In this document: one piece after another, positions 1-6,800 of the stretch
Numbering within the stretch: position 1 is the first letter of the stretch
Layout of the letters: each line of letters opens with the position of its first letter
Source of the DNA: a virus
Taxonomy: Duplodnaviria > Caudoviricetes
IMG/VR virus record: IMGVR_UViG_3300030620_000020
Coordinates: 1-24,880 of that record
Direction: 5' to 3' (one strand)
DNA length: 24,880 nt
Translations under genes and position numbers: made by a program
The notes under the pieces: generated by a model
The model's database searches: none
Seen by the model: the letters and a program-made list of their open reading frames with translations, nothing else
Told to the model about the DNA's origin: nothing

Positions 1-60
1 TTCACGACGATCGCCTTAACCGCGATCGCCGCCTATTGCAACCGGAGTTACCGGCCATGA
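1..60 (+). CDS. 3' end of a hypothetical protein (partial)
   Basis: Frame 1 is open (FTTIALTAIAAYCNRSYRP*) and its TGA overlaps the next ATG (ATGA 57-60), like other junctions in this cluster. Confidence 0.45.
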   Translation, partial: FTTIALTAIAAYCNRSYRP

Positions 61-224
61 GCACTGTCGCGAAACACTGCGGCCGATGCGGCTCGGAACT
101 TTCGACCTCGACGCCTGGCTTGCTCGGCTTCTGCATGGATTGCCTCCGGGCAATTCTCTTCGACTGGCAGCGGCGGCAGTGCGAACCGATCGACCTGGAG
201 CTCGCGGATATCGACGATTCCTGA
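57..224 (+). CDS. 55-aa Zn-ribbon protein (CxxC-x14-CxxC)
   Basis: GGAG at 44-47, ATG 57; CGRCG...GFCMDCL; acidic C-terminus. Confidence 0.7.
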   Translation: MSTVAKHCGRCGSELSTSTPGLLGFCMDCLRAILFDWQRRQCEPIDLELADIDDS

Positions 225-231
225 TTCCGCT

Positions 232-323
232 TTGCCGCCGGGCGAGCTGAGGCACCCCCTAATGCAAACCCAGGTTTTGCATTAGGGGCGAGAAGCTGCC
301 AACGGCCACGACCCCGGCGGCAA
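232..323. repeat. Nested inverted repeats forming a long rod-like hairpin
   Basis: TTGCCGCCGGG (232-242) / CCCGGCGGCAA (313-323) is a perfect 11-bp pair. It encloses CCCCTAATGCAAA (256-268) / TTTGCATTAGGGG (276-288), a perfect 13-bp pair with a 7-nt loop. Confidence 0.85.
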
Positions 324-331
324 TATCCCCC

Positions 332-406
332 GCGGAGGTAGCTCAATTGGCTAGAGCGCGGCGCACTCCCGCGCCGAGGTTGCAGGTTCGACTCCTGCTC
401 TCCGCT
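332..406 (+). tRNA. Non-canonical tRNA with a Gly-type acceptor stem and an 8-nt anticodon loop (CACUCCCG); CCA not encoded
   Basis: Acceptor GCGGAGG/TCTCCGC; U8-A9; D arm GCTC-AATTGGCTA-GAGC; anticodon stem CGGCG (359-363) / CGCCG (372-376); variable loop AGGTT; T arm GCAGG-TTCGACT-CCTGC; discriminator T406. Confidence 0.88.
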
Positions 407-407
407 T

Positions 408-574
408 GTCTCCCGGCTGCCGCTCTTCATCCTTTCAAGCGGGTGCCGGGGGACGCCGCCGCCGCGTGCGGGCGTTATCGATCAAACGCGGCACTTTGTA
501 GGTCACCAACCTGGAGGAGCGGCCCCGGTGTGTCATCGCGGCATCAGGGCCGGTGACGGGGCCGCCGCTTCCAG
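408..574 (+). ncRNA. Putative structured RNA: three consecutive hairpins downstream of the tRNA
   Basis: GTCTCCCGGC (408-417) / GCCGGGGGAC (445-454) with inner CCGCT/AGCGG; GCCGCGT (461-467) / ACGCGGC (486-492); CTGGAG..GCGGCCCC (511-526) / GGGGCCGC..CTTCCAG (558-574). No convincing ORF; ends just before the RBS at 582-590. Confidence 0.45.
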
Positions 575-593
575 CACAAACAAGGAGGGGCAT

Positions 594-881
594 ATGGCAG
601 GGGAGAACCCCATACATGACGTCATCTTCCGCCGCTCAGGCCGCGGTCCGGCGCAGTGTCCGCCGAATCCGGACTATCCGCACGGTATGGACTTGGACGC
701 GGCCGGGACCGCGCCCGCGTCCTGCACGGTCAAGCTGCCGTATCCCGCGCCGGAGTGCGGGCATTTTCTTGTGTCCTGCCACGGGTGTGGGTTGAGCGTG
801 GGGGTCACCGCGGCCGGGCGTCCGGACGATCCCAGCAGCATCAAGCTGCCCTGCCGGCCGGGGCGCGGCTTTCAGGCGTAA
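594..881 (+). CDS. 95-aa Cys/Pro-rich phage protein, probably Zn-binding
   Basis: Strong RBS AAGGAGGGG (582-590), ATG 594; CPPNPDYPHG..C..LPYPAPECG..CHGCG..AGRPDDP..LPC. Confidence 0.85.
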   Translation: MAGENPIHDVIFRRSGRGPAQCPPNPDYPHGMDLDAAGTAPASCTVKLPYPAPECGHFLVSCHGCGLSVGVTAAGRPDDPSSIKLPCRPGRGFQA

Positions 882-883
882 CG

Positions 884-1090
884 ATGGGTGAGGATATCCA
901 ACTCGATCTGACCGACGACCAGCGGGCGGAGCTCCGCCACCGCCTCGCCAATCCGCTGCAGGTCATCACGTCCGGAGCGGAGCTGATTATGTTAACCACC
1001 GAATCGGATGAAGACCGGATTCGCGCGCGCGGAGTATTGACGAGTGCGAAGCGGTTGGAAGAGGAGCTGAAGGGGATCTTCGGCATATGA
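884..1090 (+). CDS. 68-aa stand-alone HisKA (DHp)-like protein
   Basis: ATG 2 nt after the upstream stop, TGA overlapping the next ATG. ELRHRLANPLQVITSGAELI resembles an H-box, followed by a second amphipathic helix (VLTSAKRLEEELKGI). Confidence 0.7.
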   Translation: MGEDIQLDLTDDQRAELRHRLANPLQVITSGAELIMLTTESDEDRIRARGVLTSAKRLEEELKGIFGI

Positions 1091-1470
1091 CCCTCGACGC
1101 CATTCTCAAATACGCGGTCCACCACGACGGAATGAAACGCTTGGTCTTTCAGGCGCAAGGCCGCATTCCGGCGTTCGACGAATTCGTGGGCCGGCCGCTC
1201 GCCTTGCGGTTGGAGGGCGGCGTCTCGACGCGCTGGCTCTTCGGCGTCCGGATGGATTGGTTTATGGCCGGTGCCCAGGAGTTCCGGTTCTCGGTCTGTG
1301 TTCCGAATTGTCCGCCGGTGCCGAAAGGTTGGCTGCGCTGGCCGGTCTGCGTTCATCTGGAGCTTCAAGAGCGGGATTTGTTCTACGTGGAACCTAAAGG
1401 GGAATTTGGGGAATTCCTCAATCGCCGCAGCCGGGCACGGCGCGGCGCAGTAAAAAAGGAGTCTGTATGA
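1087..1470 (+). CDS. 127-aa hypothetical protein
   Basis: ATGA overlaps at both ends; GAAGGGG upstream; no recognised motif. Confidence 0.7.
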   Translation: MTLDAILKYAVHHDGMKRLVFQAQGRIPAFDEFVGRPLALRLEGGVSTRWLFGVRMDWFMAGAQEFRFSVCVPNCPPVPKGWLRWPVCVHLELQERDLFYVEPKGEFGEFLNRRSRARRGAVKKESV

Positions 1471-1838
1471 ATTGGAAAGCGGCGATCGATGATTTGATCG
1501 AGCAGCGATCCCGGATCGACCGCGCGATCGCGGCGTTGGCTGAACTGGATGGGGGGGGTAGTGCGGTCCGGGAATTCTCCGTGAACGAGCCGAGACGCCG
1601 GCCCGCCGGAAAGAAAAAATACGCGCGCGTGCGCTGCGAGGGCTGCGGGCGGGGTATCGACCCGCGCGGCCTGCATAAACACCAACAGGCCTGTAAACCG
1701 AAAACCAACGGATCCGGCTTGCGCTGCGATCACCCGGGATGCGGTGAGACCTTTGAGAACGCGCGCGGCCTGGGCGTTCACAAAAGCAAGACGCATTACG
1801 GAGCGTCCAGTCTGACGCGTTCGCAATTGGGAGGATAG
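1467..1838 (+). CDS. 123-aa protein with an N-terminal coiled coil and two Zn fingers (C2HC and C2H2), putative nucleic-acid binding
   Basis: RBS AAGGAG; IDDLIEQRSRIDRAIAALAEL; CEGC..LHKHQQAC; CDHPGCGETF..GLGVHKSKTH. Confidence 0.85.
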   Translation: MNWKAAIDDLIEQRSRIDRAIAALAELDGGGSAVREFSVNEPRRRPAGKKKYARVRCEGCGRGIDPRGLHKHQQACKPKTNGSGLRCDHPGCGETFENARGLGVHKSKTHYGASSLTRSQLGG

Positions 1839-2159
1839 ATGCCCTTGCGCGATCCCATGAACTTACCCGCATCGAGTTATAGGCGGCATGTCGATCTCGT
1901 GGCGCTCGAACTCTATCTCGCCGGTGAACGGCGGAGCGCGATCACCAACCCGTCGATCCGCAATCCGCTAGACCGGAAAAAGTACCGGGCGCTGGCCCGG
2001 CGTGCGATTGACTTCTCCCGCGACGTGTGGCCGGAAGCGGTCTGCGCCGTCTGCGGGTGTACCGACGCGGTGGCCTGCCCGGAGGGATGTTCCTGGATTG
2101 TCGTCAACCGGATGATCGGCCTCGGGGTCTGTTCGCAATGCGTGAAGGAGCCGCGGTGA
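1839..2159 (+). CDS. 106-aa protein with a C-terminal Cys-rich motif
   Basis: RBS GGAGGA; CAVCGCTDAVACPEGCSW...VCSQC, a motif common in small phage proteins. Confidence 0.85.
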   Translation: MPLRDPMNLPASSYRRHVDLVALELYLAGERRSAITNPSIRNPLDRKKYRALARRAIDFSRDVWPEAVCAVCGCTDAVACPEGCSWIVVNRMIGLGVCSQCVKEPR

Positions 2160-2239
2160 TTTCCCGCCGCGCGCAAGTGTATCTCTGGCTCGCCCTGACG
2201 GCCTGGGCGGGCTGGGTGTTCTTTGGGCCGGTCGGGTGA
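2156..2239 (+). CDS. 27-aa single-pass membrane peptide
   Basis: RBS GAAGGAG (2144-2150); GTG overlaps the upstream TGA; MISRRAQVYLWLALTAWAGWVFFGPVG; fills the gap exactly. Confidence 0.65.
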   Translation: MISRRAQVYLWLALTAWAGWVFFGPVG

Positions 2240-2243
2240 GGCG

Positions 2244-2492
2244 ATGCCGTTGCCGAATACTCTGAGCGGTCTCGCCAACGCCGGATACGTTCACGGCGGC
2301 ACGGAACGCTGCGCGGCCTGCGGCGTGAAGCTCGAATGGTTCTTAACGCCGAAGAATCACTGGATCCCGATGAGCTTGGTCCGCCGGGTGATCGTCGGGG
2401 AAGACGTGATTCAGGATGTGACGAGTGAGACGCAGTATGAAGCGCATTTTGCGAGCTGCCCGAAAGCGGAGCGGTTCCGGAGAAAACGGTGA
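2244..2492 (+). CDS. 82-aa Zn-binding phage protein (CxxC...HxxxC)
   Basis: GAGG upstream of ATG 2244; CAACG..LEWFLTPK..WIP...AHFASCPKAERFR. Confidence 0.85.
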   Translation: MPLPNTLSGLANAGYVHGGTERCAACGVKLEWFLTPKNHWIPMSLVRRVIVGEDVIQDVTSETQYEAHFASCPKAERFRRKR

Positions 2493-2752
2493 GCCGGCGA
2501 AGCACGAAACTCCTCGCGCGTGATATCGCAATGCTCATCCATTCCAAGGGAGCGGAATTCATTCAACGCCTCGACGATGTTCAACTGAAGCGCATGGCGC
2601 GGATTCACGCGATGCTGACTCCGTCGAATTGCTGGTACATCGCTTTTCAGCTCCGCGACTACCTGGCAGGGTTGGCCTGCGACGAACTCGGCCGCCGCGG
2701 CTATAAGAAAACCCCGGCAGGGCGCTGGAGGAAACCACGGAGGAGACCATGA
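2489..2752 (+). CDS. 87-aa basic hypothetical protein
   Basis: GGAG RBS; GTGA and ATGA overlaps with its neighbours. Confidence 0.7.
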   Translation: MSRRSTKLLARDIAMLIHSKGAEFIQRLDDVQLKRMARIHAMLTPSNCWYIAFQLRDYLAGLACDELGRRGYKKTPAGRWRKPRRRP

Positions 2753-2937
2753 GCCACGCTCTCCAAATCCTCGGCCGTATTTACAGCGAATGCCAGAGTA
2801 AGCGGGCGTACACAAAAACGTGCGCGAAGATCGCCGCGAAGCGGATGCGGCGGAAGGGCAACGCGAGACTCATCGCGTATCATTGCCCCTTTTGTCACCG
2901 GTGGCATGTGGGGCACCGGAGGAAAACCAATGGCTGA
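2749..2937 (+). CDS. 62-aa Zn-finger protein (C..K..Y...YxCxxCxxWH)
   Basis: RBS GGAGGAG; CQSKRAY...AYHCPFCHRWHVG. Confidence 0.8.
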   Translation: MSHALQILGRIYSECQSKRAYTKTCAKIAAKRMRRKGNARLIAYHCPFCHRWHVGHRRKTNG

Positions 2938-3139
2938 GGAAACCGAACGCCAGCAATTCATCGAGAAAGCCAAAGAGATCGCCATTCGCGCGATGAACAA
3001 ATGGGCACCGGAAGCCGACCGGTTAGGATTGCCCGTCTTGGCACGGGAGTTCGCCTACCTTGGGCATGAGCTGCTCGGCCGGATTGAGCTGCAGTTGAAG
3101 ACGCTGAAGGGCGGGAATGTGCCGGAGGGGTTTCGATGA
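2930..3139 (+). CDS. 69-aa helical hypothetical protein
   Basis: RBS GGAGG before ATG 2930 (MAEETERQQF); ATGA overlap with the HNH gene. Confidence 0.75.
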   Translation: MAEETERQQFIEKAKEIAIRAMNKWAPEADRLGLPVLAREFAYLGHELLGRIELQLKTLKGGNVPEGFR

Positions 3140-3723
3140 AATGGAAGGACATGTCACCCGAGCAGAAGCAGCGGAAGCTGGCGCACGACAATGCTTCGAA
3201 GCGGAAACGTCGAAAAGAGGACTCTAAGTATCGCGACAAGCTTCGGAAGAGAGACCGTGAGCGCCGACGGCGAAAACCGTTAACTCCGGCCCAGAAAGCT
3301 CGCCGGGCTGAACTCCAAAAGATCAGAGCAGCCAATCCGGCACATCGGGCCAAAGCGAATCAAGCATCTCGTCGTCATCAGCAAAAGCGACGCGCTGACC
3401 CAGCGTTAAGTGCGGCCGAAAAAAAGAAGAGGCGTCGGCGGTATTACTTGGGGCGCAAAATTAAAGTTGCTTGGCTCCTTGACCATCCCTGTGTTGACTG
3501 CGGAGAGACCGATATTCGACAACTTACGTTTGATCATATCCCGCAGCGCGGCCGTAAACGCTTTAATATTAGCCAAGGCGCAAATTGGTCCATAGAATCG
3601 CTCGAAGCAGAAATCCTAAAATGTGAGGTGCGCTGTAAATCCTGCCATCGCAAGAAAACTGCAGAACGAAAAGTTGGGACGCCGGCCCCCTCCACTCCGA
3701 AGCAACTTTCCCTGCTAGACTGA
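3136..3723 (+). CDS. HNH endonuclease with a long Lys/Arg-rich N-terminus
   Basis: PCVDCGETD..LTFDH...KRFNIS...EAEILKCEVRCKSCHRKKT, a Zn-binding HNH motif; RBS GGAGG; locally lower GC. Confidence 0.9.
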   Translation: MKWKDMSPEQKQRKLAHDNASKRKRRKEDSKYRDKLRKRDRERRRRKPLTPAQKARRAELQKIRAANPAHRAKANQASRRHQQKRRADPALSAAEKKKRRRRYYLGRKIKVAWLLDHPCVDCGETDIRQLTFDHIPQRGRKRFNISQGANWSIESLEAEILKCEVRCKSCHRKKTAERKVGTPAPSTPKQLSLLD

Positions 3724-3803
3724 ACCCTATGGCCCGGAAGCACGCCGACAAGTAGCGCTAGTCCCGCGGCGGCCCCACCACCAACGCTCCCGGATTCTCG
3801 GTC

Positions 3804-6800
3804 TTAATTCTTGGGCTTTCCGGCGAGCAAGGTCTGGAGTGCGCTGGCGCCGCCGTCTTCGTTGAGCGCGATGAACGCGTCCACCATACGCTGGACCTGC
3901 GTGGCGGGAAGATGGAACACAATGCCCGCCGTGTGGATGAATGCTTTCCATGCGGCCTCATCCACCTCGCCCTGCCGGACCTGCAGCACGAGTCCGGAGG
4001 CTTCCGCAAAGAAACCCGCGCCAGCCTGTCCTTTATATTGGAAGCCTTCGACCGCGCCCGTCAATTCACGCCCGAACACCACGGTATTCAAGAGATAAGA
4101 CAATTGTTCTTGGGCAAGCCGCTTCATTAGGGCCTCGTCATCATCGCCGCCGCGCATCGCATCGCGCACCGCCGTTTCCAGGAGCATGGGTAGGGTGTAC
4201 AACGTCAACAGGCTCACCGCCAATTTCGCCATGGAGGCCGGATCCCGGAACCGCGTCCGGGCCACCGCTTCCGCGCCCTGGTTGTAAACCACGGAAAAGT
4301 AGCTCATGAACTGAGTGAAGAGTTTAAGCGCGGGCGTGCCCCGCTGCGTCTTCGCGAGATCCTTAATATGTCCGGAACCCTGCGAGTCGATCACAGCCTG
4401 GTCCGCCAGAGCAATGGCCCGCGCTTCGGATTCGCCGGCCGCGCGGGATTTCTCATACTGTCCAAGCCACGTGGGAACATCGGCGATCATCTGCGCGCGC
4501 GAAATCAGCCAGAAGTAGGAATCCTCGATCGTGCCGTAAGTATCGCCAATCGCGAGGCCCGCCTGAGCGCCGATTTGGCCGCCCGGCAGGCGGCCGATCG
4601 CGGCAGCAACCAGGGAACCGCGAGGACTGACCTTATTGCGAACTTCGTTGATTTCGCGCATGAGCGTCTTGTGGCGGAGCCGCATAAACGGCGACTGCTC
4701 GTGAACCCACGTCACGCTCGATTCCATCCGGGCCGCATCCCCCAGCCAACGCGCAATCCCGCGGCCGACCCATCCCGGACCCACACGGCCAAACGACACG
4801 GTGAGCCCCAAAGGCTGGACGAGGGCGGTCATCGTATTCCAGCCCATCCGGGCAATGGAGGTGCCTTGCCGCAACCATTCCAGGGCACGTTCGCCCTGCT
4901 GCTGCACGGGAACGTGGCCGGCCGCGATGTCGCGGACCGCATCCTGGATATTCCGGTAAACGATATCTCCGTAGTGATCGAGAATCGCACGCTGGACGGG
5001 CTTACTGCCGAGCAGCCGGTTGACGTCAATCAGCATCTCGTGGTGCGTGAGATCGTGAATGACTTCCGATGTGTGCTCCCAGATGGTATTCAGGCTCAGG
5101 CGGGGTTTCCGGTTGACGGTGTCTGCCCGTTCTTTCGTGAACCCGCGGCGTGTCGTGGCGCGCGAAAATGCGCCTTTCATCATCTGCTCGGAGATTTCCG
5201 CCGCGGATTGGGCCTGTGTTTGTGGGTCACTGACCGCATACTTCAGCGGAACGTAACCTCCAGGAACCTCACCGAATCGCGTGGGGTACGCCAGCGCCTC
5301 GACCTTTTCCGGAGCGACACCGTAGACGCGTTTCTGCTTGGCTTCAATGTCGGACCAATAGGAATTGACTTCCTTCCAGATGCCCCGCACAAAGGACCAG
5401 TCCTTTTCGTCCAGCGTATCGAGGACGCCTGCGATTTGCTGCTCGTTCCATTTGTAGCCGCCCATGACGCGCTGGCGGCCTTCTGCATTGCCCCAATAGA
5501 GCGCGAGCATGATCCGGGCTTCTTTCGACAGCGATGTGTTGACGGCCGGAATGTAGTCTTTCCGGCTCAGCGCGGCGAGTTCCGGCCGGGAGTAAATCTT
5601 GAGAATGTCCATGTAGCGGAGCGTCGCGGCCTCTTTCATCACCGTTTCCGCGTCGGCCGCTTCGTTGATCGGCCGCATCACATACTCCCAGACGGCGCCG
5701 CCATCTTGACCGCCGTCCATTTGACGGACATACGAGGCTAGTTTGCGCTGCCAGGCGAAGAACCCGGCCAAGCCGCGGCGATGGCGTTCTCCGGGAGCTT
5801 CATCCTCAAGAATCACCGGACGCCGGCCTTTCGAATTTCCCTCGATCGAGCCCGAGACGGCTGCGGCTGCCGACTCCAAGTCGCGCTTGTCCTTCGCCTT
5901 CAGCAGCTTGTTCTTGAGCCGTGCCAGGTGCGCGATATGCTCGACGGCATCCCGCAATCCGGCGAGTTCTTCGACCGTTGCATCCCGGTAGGACATCCGC
6001 CGCGATTCATCGAGCAGTGAGGCCGGGATATCCACGGGCAGGTTTTGGGCTTGGCGGTCGGCGGCCCAGGCGGCGAGCTGCTTCCGCCGTTCAATTTGCT
6101 TATTCGTCAATCTTGCGAAATCGAACCGCTCCCGTAAGGCGTCAATCTGATCGAGGTAGTCGTCGCCCGCCTTGCCGATGCGCTCCCGTTTCTTCTTCTC
6201 ATCGAAGGAGCGCATCAATTGACGGATGGACTCGATCTCTTTTTGCGCATCGAGCGCGGCCCGGTACATTTCCACGTTCAGCAGCTCGCGCTGTTTCCAG
6301 GTGAGCGCCTCATCGAACCTCTGCTCCAACGCCGCTTGCGTGGCCGATTGACTGGCCCGCCGCGCCGCCGCCCAATACGTGCCCGGCCGGACATCGCGGA
6401 CCTTCGCTTCCCGCACGCGTTGTTCCGCCCAGCTCCGGATGACGGAGAGTTTCGGCACGAACCGCTGAAACGTCTCGATCCCGCGGGCCTGCGTTTCGCG
6501 TTGCGCTTGCCGTTCCTGACGTTGACCTTCCCGGAGGAGGGGAGCCGCCTGGCGCTGGGCGCGGGCCAATGCTTTAATTTCTTCAAGTATCACTTCCGCG
6601 CGCCCCTCGGTCATGACTGCATCTTTCGCTTTTTCCGCTGCGGTCCCATCCGTGAGCATGTCCCCGTACTGATCCTTCATCCGGGAATCGGTTTCCGCAT
6701 CGATCAAGGCGTCCATCGGACGGGCGTTGACCAGCGCTTGCACGAGCTCGTCGCCGGAGGAGTAGCCGAGCAGCTCCGCGGCGGTGTCCGGGGAGATCCC

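Noticed and set aside
243-300. Hammerhead-like CTGA...GAA around a stem; also a tRNA-linked HDV-like ribozyme after 406
   Set aside because: The core reads CTGAGGC rather than CUGANGA and has no GAAA. I could not build the HDV double pseudoknot downstream of the tRNA.
296-326. Sigma70-like promoter for the tRNA (CTGCCA...CAATAT)
   Set aside because: Poor -35 match and 19-nt spacing; not supportable.
332-406. tRNA as prophage attachment site
   Set aside because: Phage genes lie on both sides, with no integrase and no duplicated tRNA 3' end noticed in the window.
544-566. SRP RNA helix-8-like string TCAGGGCCG-GTGA-CGGGGCCGC
   Set aside because: It has CAGG and a GNRA loop but lacks the AGCAG strand, and a longer alternative hairpin covers it.
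841-1872. 343-aa minus-strand ORF
   Set aside because: Arg/Pro/Ser-rich and antisense to four coupled plus-strand genes.
4368-5741. 457-aa plus-strand ORF (likewise 11404-12783 and 16120-17217)
   Set aside because: Antisense shadows of well-supported GC-rich genes, with no recognisable motifs.
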